Assembly (NCBI GenBank): GCA_965223845.1
Contig: CBDCXR010000004.1
Coordinates: forward strand, 6,464,001-6,528,000
Source: Planctomycetota bacterium
GTDB lineage: Bacteria > Planctomycetota > UBA8108 > SXIK01
Reading direction: 5' to 3'
Length of the DNA stretch: 64,000 bases
Part shown: in pieces, positions 19,265-29,719 of the stretch
How the letters are laid out: every line of letters begins with the position of its first letter
Position numbering within the stretch: position 1 is the stretch's first letter
The notes under the pieces: generated by a model
The model's database searches: none
The model's input: only the letters and a program-made list of their open reading frames with translations
Told to the model about the DNA's origin: nothing
Position numbers and translations under genes: made by a program

Positions 19265-19507
19265 GCGATCGCTCCGACGCGCAGCGTACACGCGAGGACA
19301 GCGTATGCGGGTCCGGTGGAGTTGCGTTTTTCCTCGAGCGCGGAATAATGGCGCAACGTCCCGGACGACTCGCCCAGATTTCGTGCGAACGCCGGATCTC
19401 TCTTCGCGATCGACCGCGCGGAGCAACGACCGTCAGTAGGCGGAGCCCCGCGCGCTGACCGTCACCGCGCGCGTTTTTATGCGCGACCGTGTGCGCCCCG
19501 TTGCGTA

Positions 19508-22500
19508 ATGGCCGACCCGCACGAAACCACCCGGTCGAACGATTCGACGACGGATTCTCTCGACGCGACGCCGGCGGCGTCGGAGGAGACGGCGGCCGAC
19601 GTGCACGATGCCATGGCACGCGTGCGCCAGCGGCTGCTCGACCTCACGATGCGAAACCGGCTGCTCAGCTTTCGCCTGAGCAAGCGCGCGGTCCCCATCG
19701 TCGACGAGCTTCCTCGTCAGACGCTCGAGTGTCTCGTCGGGCAGGGCCGCGCGATGCGTCTCGATCCCCTCGCGCGCGACGACGAGCCGCCCCCGCCGGA
19801 AGAGCGCGACGTGGGCCCTCGGCCGGCACGAGCCACGGCGACCGGAGACGAGCTGCCGCGAGCGGACGCGAACGAGACGGAATCCACTCGCACCGTCGAG
19901 GGCGAGGGCCGGGCGGAGAGTGAGGCGCAGCCATCCTCTGCGCCGGCGCGCGCGCCGAGCACCGATCTCGAGACGGAGCTCCCGCAGGATCCAGGTCGAG
20001 GTCGCGAATCCTCGCCGCGTCATCGCGACGCGGCTCTCCAGACTCCGTATGCGTACGAGGAGCTCGAGAAGCGTCTCCGGGGCATCCAGCGCGCCTACAT
20101 CGACGCGATTCAATCGACGGGCGTGAATCTCCTCCATCTCGCCTGCGGTTTTCTCGAGTGGTACGAGGATGCCGAGTCGACCACGCTCCGGCGCGCGCCG
20201 CTTCTCCTCGTTCCCGTCGCGATCGAGCGGCAGCGGGTCGAGCTCAAGGCGGACGTCCCGCGCGAGGAGGGGAAGCCCCCGCGGAAGCTCTACCAGTACC
20301 GCTATACGATCGCTTACGAGGGCGAGGATCTTACGTCGAACGTCTCGCTGGGGATCAAGCTTCAAAACGAATTCGGCGTCGATCTGCCGGCGCTGAGCGA
20401 GTTCATTCCCGCCGATGGCGGCGTGGTCGATCCCGAAGAGTACTTGGAGGCGGTGGCGGAAGTTCTGCGCGGTCACCCCGACGCAGCGCGCTGGCGGGTG
20501 CGGCGCGAGATGGTCATCGGATTCTTCAGCTTCAGCAAGTTTCGCATGTACCTCGACCTCGACCCGAGAGTCTGGCCGGCGGGAAAGGCGCCTGAGGAGA
20601 ACGAGCTACTCCGCGACATGCTCGTCGGCCGCCAGCGGGAGCCGCTCGAACTACCGACGCCCGAGGAGATCGATCGCGCGCAGACGAGCTGGGAGCTACC
20701 GCTCGTTCTCGATGCCGATTGCTCGCAGACGGCTTCGCTCATGGCGGCGATGGACGGAGCGAACCTCGTCATCGAAGGGCCGCCGGGCACGGGAAAGTCG
20801 CAGACGATCACGAACCTCGTCGGGCTCGCGCTCGGCGCCGGGAAACGCGTGCTCTTCGTCTCGGAGAAGCAAGCCGCGCTCGATGTCGTCCGGCGAAAAC
20901 TCGACGCCGTCGGCCTCGGCGAGTACTGCCTCGAGCTCCACAGTCACAAAGCGCGAATCGGGTCCCTACTCGATGATCTCCGGCGCCGACTCGAGTTCGA
21001 GCCGAAAGCGTCGCGGCGTAGTCACAAGCTGCTCGAGACACTCGAGGAGCACCGCCGAACGCTGAACGACTACGCGGCGCTCGTCGCGAGGGTGGTCGGG
21101 CTCCGCGGCGAGACGGTCGAGAAGATCTTTTGGCGCGCGCGGCACTATTCCGAGGGGCTCGCGCGTTCGGCCAAGGAGCGCGGGATCGATGTCGCGGAAG
21201 TGCGCGTCCGACTCGACGCCGTGCGGTCACCGGATCTCGACGCGGATCGCCTCGGCGAGATGGAGGCCCAGCTCGACGAGGTGCGCCGACACGTCGAGGA
21301 CGGAATTCTTACCCGTGCGGCGTGCTGGAAGCACTTCAAACCGCGACTGCTCGTCCCGGAGGACCGCGAGACGATCGGAGCCGCGATCGAAGAGATCGAA
21401 GAAATCGTCGGCGAGCTCTATGCACCGTTCGAACGCTTCGTCGGAGATGGTCTCGTGCCGCGGGACTGGACGCTCGCCTCGATCGAGAGGATGCTCGCCG
21501 ACGACGTTCTCGCGGCCCGGCCTTCCGTGGACGTCGTCGCGGGCGTCGCAGCGTGCGTGGCGCGCGATCCCGACGGTGCCGGGCGGATGGTCGCGCTCGC
21601 GGAGGAACTCGAAGCGCATCGGGACGCGGTGCGGGGGATCGAGGAAAGGCGCGAACGAACACGCGGGGTGCCGGAGGATGTACTGCGGCGTTACGACGAG
21701 ATCGCGACAAAGCTCGAGAGCGCTCGGATCGAGGTCGGAGACGCGGCCGACATCGAGAGTGCGCTCGAGACGGTCGCGAACGCGCGGCGAGCGGTCGTCG
21801 CGTTCGGCCGTCATGTCGCCGTCGTCGCGCGCGAGCTCTCGCTCACCGTCCCCGAGACGCTCGCGGCCGGTCTTCAGCTTCAGCGCTGCGCGAAGGCGCT
21901 TCTCTCGCTCGACGCCGATGCTCTCGCGGCGATCGAACCGCGTCACGCTGACGCTGAATTCGTTCGCGCTCTTGCGTCCGCGCGAGACCGAGCGAAGACG
22001 CTCGTCGCTGAGCGCGCGGAGCTCGAAGAGTTGTTCTCGCTCCGCGACGCACCGAGCAATGATGGCTTGCGCGATCTCAGGTTGCAGCTCCGCGAAGCGG
22101 AGGGGAGCTTTTTCCGGTGGCTCCCGTTTTCGAAGCGAGCGAAGCTGCGCCGGGTGATCCGGAGGTTCTGCCAGCGACCGGACGTCGTCCATCGAGATGA
22201 CGTGCCCCGACTGCTCGAGCGTCTCTCCGATTTTCGCGAGCGCGAAGCAGAGTTCTCCGGTGACGTAGCTCTCGCCGATCGACTCGGGACGCTCTTTCGC
22301 GGAACGGAAACCCGTTGGGAGACGCTCGATCGTGTCGCGGCACTCGCCGAGGAGGCGCACGCACTAACGGACGGCTCGGGCGTTCAGCGGTTCCTCGAGG
22401 GCACTCGCCGTGCGGTCGAGGGGAGATCGCGCTGGGCGAACGAGCGTGAAGAGCTCGAGCGAGTGGAGGCGGCGCTCGCCGCGGCGCGTTCGCGCTTCGA

Positions 22501-24802
22501 TTCCGCAATCGTCGGCGGCGCCGGCTGGCCGACGGACACGAACTACTCCGCGGGGGCGGAGTGGTTCGGGACGCTCTCGAGTGAAATCGCGAGCTATCGA
22601 GACGCATTTCTACCGTGCGCGCTCGGTGACGACTCGAGCTTTCGGGAGCTCCGCGAGGAAGCGCGGGCGCGCATTGAAGCGTACGAAGAGGAGAGGGCTT
22701 TCGCTCGCGAAGCAGGGGTGATCGCGGCGCGTCTCGGACCGGAGAGCGGCTTCGCAAAGGAGCTGGGAGCGGAGTTTCGCGGGACGGAGACCGATCCTGC
22801 GCGGATTCGTTCGACACTCTCCTGGATCGAAGAGATCGAGGGCCTCGCGCTTCCGTCGGGATGGGGGGAGTGGATTCTCCGCTCCGTGCACGAGCGATTC
22901 GATCGGTCGATCGACGCCGCGCGTGCGGCGATGAAGCTCGTCGCACCGTGGCGGGCTGCGGTCGAGAAGCTGCTCGAGTTCGGCGATCTGCGGAGCGCAC
23001 CCGGATTTGATCCCGGGCGCTCGGCCGCGTTCGACCTCTCCGCTCCCGGGGTGGTGAGTGCGTGCCGCGCGGGTCTTCCCGAGCTGCTCAACTGGTCGCG
23101 GTGGTGCCAGGCTCGACGGCGCGCGACGGAGCTCGGACTCGAGGCGCTCGTCGGTGCAGCGGAAACCGGTCGCGTGCCGACCGATCGACTCCGCACCGCG
23201 CTCTACGCGGAACTCTACGGCGAACGAGCGCGGCGGCTCCTCACCGAGCATCCGGAGCTCGAGGGATTCGACCGCCATCACTTCGAGCGCGTGCAGCAAG
23301 ACTTCAGCCGGAAGGATCAGCAGTGGGCGACGGCATCGCGCCGCGCCATCGTCGAAGCGCTCGGCAAGATCATTCCACCCGAAGGTGTGACGACGGGGCG
23401 GGTGGGCGACTACTCGGAGCTCCATCTCATCCGGCACGAAGCATCGAAGAAGCGGCGGCACATCCCGATTCGCCAGCTCGTCGAGCGCGCGGCGAGCGCG
23501 CTGATGGCACTGAAACCGTGCTGGCTCATGTCGCCACTTTCGGTCGCACAATTCCTACCGCCGGGCGAGGTGATGTTCGACCTCGTCGTCATGGACGAGG
23601 CGTCACAGATTCGACCGGAGGACGCGCTCGGCGCGATGGCGCGAGGAGTCCAGGTGATTACGGTCGGTGACAGCAAGCAGATGCCGCCGACGCGGTTCTT
23701 CGATCAGATCGACGACGATGAAGCAGAGCCGGATGAGGAGACCGCCCTCGAGCAGTCCGAATCCATCCTCGACCTCTGCCGCGGGGCGTACTTCTCGACG
23801 ATGCTCGAGTGGCACTACCGGAGCGAACACGAGAGCCTGATTCAGTTTTCGAACGAGGCTTACTACGACGGACGACTGATTCCCTATCCGTCGATCTACG
23901 ACGATCACCCGCGCTACGGAGTGAAGTGGTCGTTCGTCGAAGGCGCGTACTCGCGCGGCCGAAACGTCCCCGAGGCGGAACAAGTCGTCGCGGCCGTGCT
24001 CGAGCACGCGAAAGCGCAGCTCGGCGAATCGGAGAAACGCCGCGAAAGCCTGGGTGTCGCGACGATGAACATCGATCAGCGCGACCTCGTTCTCGATCTC
24101 CTCGACCGCGCAGCCGAGGAAGACGAGGAAGCGGACGAGGCGCTCTCCGCGCTCGCCTCGATGGAAGATCCGCTCTTCGTCAAGAACCTCGAGAACGTCC
24201 AGGGCGACGAGCGCGACCACATTCTGATTTCATGCACCTACGGGCCGGATGCAGAGACCGGGCGCGTGTTCCAGCGCTTCGGACCGATCGGACAGCGAGG
24301 AGGCGAGAGACGATTGAACGTGCTCTTCACTCGCGCGCGACGGCGAGTCACCGTGATCTCGTCGCTTCGCGGATCGGACATCCGGCTCACCGAACGCAGC
24401 CCGCGGGGTGTCATCGATTTTCGCGGCTACCTCGAGTTCGCCGAAGGTGGTGGTGGATCCCGGTCGGCCGAAAGAAAGCGCGAGCCATCGAGCGCCCTTC
24501 AGCGTGAGCTCGCCGGGGCGATCGAGCGGCTCGGTTACGAACCGGTCTTTCAAGTCGGCGTTGCGAGCTACTCGATCGACGTCGCGGTCGTCCACCCCGA
24601 CGAACCCGGCCGGTTCATTCTCGGCGTCGAATGCGACAGCTCGAGCTACTCGGGAACTCGGGTCGCGCGCGACCGCGAGCGGCTGCGCGCACAAGTTCTT
24701 CGCCATCGCGGCTGGCGTCTCCACCGCGTGTGGGCAGTGGATTGGTATCAGAACCGCGACACCGAGGTCGCGCGGCTCGAGGCGGCGATTCGCGAAGCCT
24801 AG
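19508..24802 (+). CDS. DUF4011 + split SF1 (UPF1/DNA2-like) helicase + Vsr/MTES_1575-like nuclease domain (Hhe-like defence candidate)
   Basis: RQRLLDLTMRNRLL, RAPLLLVPV, FSFSKFRMYLDL (DUF4011); GPPGTGKSQT, LELHS, KPCWLMSPLSVAQ, DEASQ, VGDSKQMPP, WHYRS, NLENVQGDERD, LNVLFTRARR; C-terminal YSIDVAV..GVECD..RDRER..RGW. Confidence 0.92.
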   Translation: MADPHETTRSNDSTTDSLDATPAASEETAADVHDAMARVRQRLLDLTMRNRLLSFRLSKRAVPIVDELPRQTLECLVGQGRAMRLDPLARDDEPPPPEERDVGPRPARATATGDELPRADANETESTRTVEGEGRAESEAQPSSAPARAPSTDLETELPQDPGRGRESSPRHRDAALQTPYAYEELEKRLRGIQRAYIDAIQSTGVNLLHLACGFLEWYEDAESTTLRRAPLLLVPVAIERQRVELKADVPREEGKPPRKLYQYRYTIAYEGEDLTSNVSLGIKLQNEFGVDLPALSEFIPADGGVVDPEEYLEAVAEVLRGHPDAARWRVRREMVIGFFSFSKFRMYLDLDPRVWPAGKAPEENELLRDMLVGRQREPLELPTPEEIDRAQTSWELPLVLDADCSQTASLMAAMDGANLVIEGPPGTGKSQTITNLVGLALGAGKRVLFVSEKQAALDVVRRKLDAVGLGEYCLELHSHKARIGSLLDDLRRRLEFEPKASRRSHKLLETLEEHRRTLNDYAALVARVVGLRGETVEKIFWRARHYSEGLARSAKERGIDVAEVRVRLDAVRSPDLDADRLGEMEAQLDEVRRHVEDGILTRAACWKHFKPRLLVPEDRETIGAAIEEIEEIVGELYAPFERFVGDGLVPRDWTLASIERMLADDVLAARPSVDVVAGVAACVARDPDGAGRMVALAEELEAHRDAVRGIEERRERTRGVPEDVLRRYDEIATKLESARIEVGDAADIESALETVANARRAVVAFGRHVAVVARELSLTVPETLAAGLQLQRCAKALLSLDADALAAIEPRHADAEFVRALASARDRAKTLVAERAELEELFSLRDAPSNDGLRDLRLQLREAEGSFFRWLPFSKRAKLRRVIRRFCQRPDVVHRDDVPRLLERLSDFREREAEFSGDVALADRLGTLFRGTETRWETLDRVAALAEEAHALTDGSGVQRFLEGTRRAVEGRSRWANEREELERVEAALAAARSRFDSAIVGGAGWPTDTNYSAGAEWFGTLSSEIASYRDAFLPCALGDDSSFRELREEARARIEAYEEERAFAREAGVIAARLGPESGFAKELGAEFRGTETDPARIRSTLSWIEEIEGLALPSGWGEWILRSVHERFDRSIDAARAAMKLVAPWRAAVEKLLEFGDLRSAPGFDPGRSAAFDLSAPGVVSACRAGLPELLNWSRWCQARRRATELGLEALVGAAETGRVPTDRLRTALYAELYGERARRLLTEHPELEGFDRHHFERVQQDFSRKDQQWATASRRAIVEALGKIIPPEGVTTGRVGDYSELHLIRHEASKKRRHIPIRQLVERAASALMALKPCWLMSPLSVAQFLPPGEVMFDLVVMDEASQIRPEDALGAMARGVQVITVGDSKQMPPTRFFDQIDDDEAEPDEETALEQSESILDLCRGAYFSTMLEWHYRSEHESLIQFSNEAYYDGRLIPYPSIYDDHPRYGVKWSFVEGAYSRGRNVPEAEQVVAAVLEHAKAQLGESEKRRESLGVATMNIDQRDLVLDLLDRAAEEDEEADEALSALASMEDPLFVKNLENVQGDERDHILISCTYGPDAETGRVFQRFGPIGQRGGERRLNVLFTRARRRVTVISSLRGSDIRLTERSPRGVIDFRGYLEFAEGGGGSRSAERKREPSSALQRELAGAIERLGYEPVFQVGVASYSIDVAVVHPDEPGRFILGVECDSSSYSGTRVARDRERLRAQVLRHRGWRLHRVWAVDWYQNRDTEVARLEAAIREA

Positions 24803-24942
24803 CCGAGCGATCCGTTCCCGGAGTCACGCTCCACCGCGTCCCAGCGGACGTGAAGGTCGAGCGCATTCGGGCGAACTGCGCGCGCAGCGACAGAGATCGG
24901 TCCCCGCGCGCGCGTCGAATCACCGCCGAGCCGGAGCTCAGG

Positions 24943-25275
24943 TCACTTGACGACGAAGCCCACGATCATCGCGGCGACGACACCCACTACGAAGATCACG
25001 ATCGCCACGATCGTGTCGACCGCCTGTTCCTCGGCTCGCCGCTTTTGCTCGCCGGCCTTCGGAAAACGCGGGATGCGGCGAACGAGAAGAAAGATCGCCT
25101 CGGCGATGACCATCAATCCGAAGGGGATGAACGCGGCGTCCCAGCCGCGGGTATTCGTGATGGAAAAATCGTCTTTCACCAGCGCGACCACCCCGAGTAC
25201 AGCGATGGCCACTCCGATCAACAGAATCACGACCTGCCACACGTAGCGGAACGGAATCTTCCATTCATCAGCCAT
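24943..25275 (-). CDS. Small 3-TM membrane protein
   Basis: GGAGG SD upstream of ATG; three hydrophobic helices. Confidence 0.75.
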   Translation of the reverse strand: MADEWKIPFRYVWQVVILLIGVAIAVLGVVALVKDDFSITNTRGWDAAFIPFGLMVIAEAIFLLVRRIPRFPKAGEQKRRAEEQAVDTIVAIVIFVVGVVAAMIVGFVVK

Positions 25276-25394
25276 TCGAGATCCTCCAACAACTTGACCC
25301 GAAGCCGCACTCCGGCGACGGTGCTCTCAGCGCGAATCGCCGAAACCGCGGAGCGCTGCCGTACGATGTTCGCACTAAACACAGCGTTGGGGTC

Positions 25395-25423
25395 AGTGTC
25401 GGTCTCACTCCGAGCGCTGTCAA
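25395..25423 (-). promoter_or_regulatory. Putative sigma70 promoter inside an imperfect inverted repeat
   Basis: Minus strand TTGACA-N17-GACACT; overlaps hairpin 25381-25420. Confidence 0.35.
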
Positions 25424-25663
25424 CGCTCCGTCCCGCCTTCGGATCGGGGCCGGTACGTGCGCGGGATCGAGGTGTCGTCTAAACAGAGGAGCGAGTTCGG
25501 CGCTCGAGATGTCGTCGATGGGATCGCTCGGCGGGGCGCGTGCAGCGCGGCCGGAAGGGGCGGGACCGTCCTACGCGTGAGGCTCCCCCGTGAGTTCGGC
25601 GCTCGAACGGTTCGACGGTACCGGGGCGTCCGACCGTGCGCGACCCGACCGACGATCGACCCG

Positions 25664-27034
25664 TCAGTTGGTCGTCGCCTCCGTTGTCTCGTTCACCAGC
25701 TCGGTGAGCAAGTCGACGAGTTTTCGGAGGTCGAAGGGCTTTGCGAGGTAGCCGTCGCACCCAGCATTCACGCACTCCGCCGGCGTCACGCCGGTCGATT
25801 GGGCCGTGAGCATGACGATCGGGCAGTCGATCCCTTCGGAGCGGATGACACGAGTCGCTTCGAGTCCGTCGATGACCGGCATCTGGAGGTCCATGAGAAT
25901 GAGGTCGAACGGCTGACTCGTCGCGAGCTCGATCGCTTCTTCGCCGTTGCTCGCGGTCGAAACGGTCGCGCCGGCCCGCTCGAGTGCGCTTTGTGCGATC
26001 ACCCGGTTTGCGATGCCATCCTCGACGAGGAGGACGCGCTCCCGCAGCCTCGGGACGCCGTTCGAGGACGTGCTTTCTCCTTCTTCGCCGTCGTTCTCAC
26101 GGACGAGATCGACGTCGAGAAATACGGAGAACGTGCTCCCGGTGCCGACGGAGCTCTCGACTCCGATGGTTCCCCGCATCGTCTGCGCGACGTGGCGAGT
26201 GATGGCGAGCCCGAGCCCGAGTCCGCCGTATTGTCGAGTGACGGAGCTGTCGGCCTGGACGAACGGTTCGAAGATCGACGCGTGCATGTTGCGCGGGACC
26301 CCGATTCCCGTATCGGAGACGTCGACCCGAAGGCGGCAGGTGTTGTCGTCGATCTCGTGGTCGACGTCGATCGTCACGCGGCCAGAATCCGTGAACTTGA
26401 TCGCGTTCGTGACGAGGTTTGCGAGCATCTGCCGGAGCCGCGCGGGATCACTTTCGACCAGCGGCGGAAGCGGAGTGCGGATGACGAGATTGAGGCTGAG
26501 CCCCTTCTCTTCTGCTCGCGGTCGCATCGAGGACACGAGTTCACCGAATACGCTCTCGGGAGCGAACGGTACCCGGTCGAACGTGAGCTCGCCGGACTCG
26601 ATCTTCGAAAGCTCGAGGATCTGATCGATGATGCCAACTAGGTGCTCAGCGCTGTTCTCGATGATCTTGAGCCACTCGAGCCGCTTCTTCGTGCTGCTGC
26701 CTTCGGCGTTGACGAGGAGAAGCTGCGCGAACCCCGTGATCGCGTTCAGCGGAGTTCGAATTTCGTGGCTCATGTTGGAGAGAAAGAGACTCTTCGCCGC
26801 CCTCTGCTCGGCCTCGGTCGGCGCGCGGGCGACACCGGCACTCGCTGGGACGAAACGGCTGGAAGTTCTCGCGTCGTTGTCGCCGGGATCATTCCGCGAG
26901 GACAGGATCTTCTCTTCGAGATCGCCGATCGCAGCTAGAAGGCGTTCTCCGCGAGTGGCGTCGAGCTCCGCCGCCAAGCTCCGGAGCGGGTCCAAATCGA
27001 ACTCGGGACCAGTCATTTCGTTCCGTCCATGCAT
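25664..27034 (-). CDS. Hybrid histidine kinase (HisKA + HATPase_c + REC), cytoplasmic
   Basis: FLSNMSHEIRTPLNAI, DPARLRQMLANLVTNAIKFT, DTGIG, FEPFVQAD, GLGLGLAI, LLVED, LILMDLQMPVIDGL, YLAKPF. Confidence 0.95.
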   Translation of the reverse strand: MHGRNEMTGPEFDLDPLRSLAAELDATRGERLLAAIGDLEEKILSSRNDPGDNDARTSSRFVPASAGVARAPTEAEQRAAKSLFLSNMSHEIRTPLNAITGFAQLLLVNAEGSSTKKRLEWLKIIENSAEHLVGIIDQILELSKIESGELTFDRVPFAPESVFGELVSSMRPRAEEKGLSLNLVIRTPLPPLVESDPARLRQMLANLVTNAIKFTDSGRVTIDVDHEIDDNTCRLRVDVSDTGIGVPRNMHASIFEPFVQADSSVTRQYGGLGLGLAITRHVAQTMRGTIGVESSVGTGSTFSVFLDVDLVRENDGEEGESTSSNGVPRLRERVLLVEDGIANRVIAQSALERAGATVSTASNGEEAIELATSQPFDLILMDLQMPVIDGLEATRVIRSEGIDCPIVMLTAQSTGVTPAECVNAGCDGYLAKPFDLRKLVDLLTELVNETTEATTN

Positions 27035-27276
27035 CCTCGAGAGTTACCTACGTGAAGGATCGACCGAAACGTGTACGGCCATGAGCAGAACGACCGTACC
27101 GGACGATCCCCGCACTTGGACGGAACGCGCGGGTTATCGGTCGCGCGACGCCGAAGTGAGCGGGTGCATCACGACGGTTTGGCGACGCGGCGAAGAGGAG
27201 GGATGACGGAGCGGGGGGAGGGGCGTAGTCAGCGGCGTCTCGTTCTCCCCCTTCGAGTCCGATCTTCCGCGAACGA

Positions 27277-28227
27277 CTAGCGTCCACCTCCGGGGAGCGG
27301 CAGTACGTGGAGCTCTCCCTTGTTGAAGAGCGGGACGAGGAGGCGGCCGCGCTCAGCGTCGTAGCCCACGTCGGCCGGCGCGTCGAGCGAGTCGAAGGCG
27401 GCGACGATTTCAGCGCCCCGCGACTGAAACACGCAGCTCCCTTCCCAGCTCGTCGCGAACAGGCTGCCATCACCCGTTCGGATCAGACCGTCTCCCTGGG
27501 CCTTCGGCAGCTTCACGATGGGAGCGCGGACTCCGTCGCGCGCGAGGCGGTAGATCTCTCCTCGCGTCCAATTGACCACAATCACGCCGTGAGCGTCCGC
27601 GAGGAGTCCATTCGGCTGACCGAGATCGACGCTCTTCGCGATTGTGCTCACCGTATCGTCCGGCGCGATCGCGTAGACCGCGTCCGTCTCACTCGACGTG
27701 AAACCCGGGCCGAGACCGGTGTCCGATACGTAAACCGTTCCGTCGTTCGCCGCCGCGAGATCGTTGAGAAACGTTGCGCCGGGAATCGAGATGCTGCCGA
27801 GCTCCGATCCCGTTTCGCGCGCGAACTTTCGCACCACCGTGACGTCGGTGACATAGAGAACCTCGTCGACGATGGCGAGGCCCTTGGGCGCGTTGAGCGT
27901 CACGTCCTCCCGGCTGCCGTCGATCCACTTCAGCTCGGCGATCGTTCCATCGGGACGGACGCGGCTGATGAATCCCTTCCCGTCGTCGCCGAACGGACTC
28001 CCATTGATGTTCGAGACGAGATAGAGATCCGTGCTCGTGTCGTGGAGAGCCGACTCGGGAACGCTGAACCCCACGATGGCGAAAGGCTCCTTCGCCGCAT
28101 CGTCGTCGAGCGACGCGCACCCGGTGAGGGTGAGGCAAACCGTAAGGAATGCCAGGGGCCCTGCCGCCCTCGCGGCCGGGGCGTTCGGTGATCTGAAACG
28201 TCGGCGGAATCGAGGAGGCCGCAGCAT
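27277..28227 (-). CDS. SMP-30/gluconolactonase-like beta-propeller lipoprotein
   Basis: Lipobox LTGC; GFSVPES, YLVSNING, LNAPKGLAI, FLNDLA, YVSDTG, PNGL, GDGL, PADVG. Confidence 0.85.
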   Translation of the reverse strand: MLRPPRFRRRFRSPNAPAARAAGPLAFLTVCLTLTGCASLDDDAAKEPFAIVGFSVPESALHDTSTDLYLVSNINGSPFGDDGKGFISRVRPDGTIAELKWIDGSREDVTLNAPKGLAIVDEVLYVTDVTVVRKFARETGSELGSISIPGATFLNDLAAANDGTVYVSDTGLGPGFTSSETDAVYAIAPDDTVSTIAKSVDLGQPNGLLADAHGVIVVNWTRGEIYRLARDGVRAPIVKLPKAQGDGLIRTGDGSLFATSWEGSCVFQSRGAEIVAAFDSLDAPADVGYDAERGRLLVPLFNKGELHVLPLPGGGR

Positions 28228-28481
28228 CGGAGAAGCTCCTGAAGTCGAAGAAGATCGGCGGTCGCCGTCCTGCGGGCGCAGAGACCCGGTCGGCGACGGC
28301 GGAACGAGTTCTCGGAAGGAGAGCACAAGGTATCCCCGCGCGAGTCGAATGCAAGTGAGGCCGGTGCCCGCCGAGTGCCCGCGGTTTGGCCAGTTCAGGA
28401 TCCGAACGCGCGGAGCCGAAAAAGAAGGAGCTCCTCGGAGTGCCTTCGCCCTTTCTCCGCTTTCTGAATCGAGGTTTTCTC

Positions 28482-29537
28482 ATGAGCTCCCCTCTCCGCT
28501 CGCTCATCGACTGTGGCACAAAGCTCTGGCTGGACTCGATCGACCCGGAGCTCGTCGAAACGAGCCGAAGGCTAGGCGCGACCGGCGCGACATCGAATCC
28601 GGTAATCGTCGCCGGGATTCTCGAGAGCGGTCGATACGACGACCAAATCATCGAGCTCGCGGAGAAGGGGCTCGACGACGACGCGATCGCCTGGGAGATG
28701 ACGGATCGCCTCGTTCGCGCGGCGCAGGCGGTTTTCGCACGGGTGTGGGAAGACACGGACGGCGACGACGGGTACGTCAGCTTCGAGGTCGACCCGCTTC
28801 TCGAAGATGCGGAGCTCGGACTCGACCACGATGAGCGGGTGAAGCGGTACGTCGAACTCGCGTCTCGCTGGGCCGAGGGGCACACCAACCGAATGATCAA
28901 AGTGCCGGCGACGCCCGCGGGACTCGATGCTCTCGAAGAAATTGCCGCGGCGGGAGTCACTCTCAACGTCACGCTCATCTTCACTGCCGATCAGTACCGC
29001 GCGGCGCGCGACGCGGTCTGGCGCGGAGCCCAGCGGCGTGCGAATCCGGATTCACTGAAGAGCGTCTACAGTATCTTCGTCTCTCGCCTCGACGCGTACA
29101 CGGCCAAGCACGTCCCGAGCTTGAGCGAAGAGGCGCAAGGGATGGTCGGAATCGTGAACGCACAGAAGATCTGGGCGGAGAACGAGGCGTTCTGGGCGGA
29201 CAGGGGTCTCGCGAGGAAGCAGGAAATCATCTTCGCGAGCACCGGAACGAAGAATCCGAAAGAATCTCCTGACCGCTACGTGGAAGCGCTCGCCGGATCA
29301 GACATCCAAACGAATCCGCCGGCGACGAACGACGCTGCTGAAGCGTCGAGAAAAACGTACACGCGAACGGTCGACCGGCTGCCGCCGGATGCCGTGCTCG
29401 AGGAGATCGAGCGCGAGGTCGACACCGTCGCGATGCACCGCGTTCTCATGGAGGAGGGCATCGCGAAGTTCGCGGATCCGCACAAGGCGCTCCTCCGTTT
29501 GATCGAGGAGAAGCGCGGATCGTTGGCGGTGCGTTGA
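28482..29537 (+). CDS. tal: Transaldolase
   Basis: LWLDSID, GATSNP, VSFEVDP, MIKVPAT (Schiff-base Lys), [21 protein letters not shown]. Confidence 0.93.
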   Translation: MSSPLRSLIDCGTKLWLDSIDPELVETSRRLGATGATSNPVIVAGILESGRYDDQIIELAEKGLDDDAIAWEMTDRLVRAAQAVFARVWEDTDGDDGYVSFEVDPLLEDAELGLDHDERVKRYVELASRWAEGHTNRMIKVPATPAGLDALEEIAAAGVTLNVTLIFTADQYRAARDAVWRGAQRRANPDSLKSVYSIFVSRLDAYTAKHVPSLSEEAQGMVGIVNAQKIWAENEAFWADRGLARKQEIIFASTGTKNPKESPDRYVEALAGSDIQTNPPATNDAAEASRKTYTRTVDRLPPDAVLEEIEREVDTVAMHRVLMEEGIAKFADPHKALLRLIEEKRGSLAVR

Positions 29538-29545
29538 CCGGGAGA

Positions 29546-29716
29546 CTTCGTTCCCCTACCCAGCTCCGTTCCCGTTTCGGAAGGGGCGACAGCAGGGCGC
29601 CAGCGAACGACTTCGTCGCCGGCTCGATCGCGACGGACGTCCAGGTGCGCTCGAGCATCCGAGGGGACGAGGCGGACGAGGGGGAACGGCAACGAGAGCG
29701 GGTACGGGAAACGAGG
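29546..29716. repeat. Imperfect inverted arrays of degenerate hexamers between convergent genes
   Basis: 29546-29579 CTTCGTTCCCCTACCCAGCTCCGTTCCCGTTTCG vs reverse complement of 29682-29716 CCTCGTTTCCCGTACCCGCTCTCGTTGCCGTTCCC. Confidence 0.55.
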
Positions 29717-29719
29717 ACC

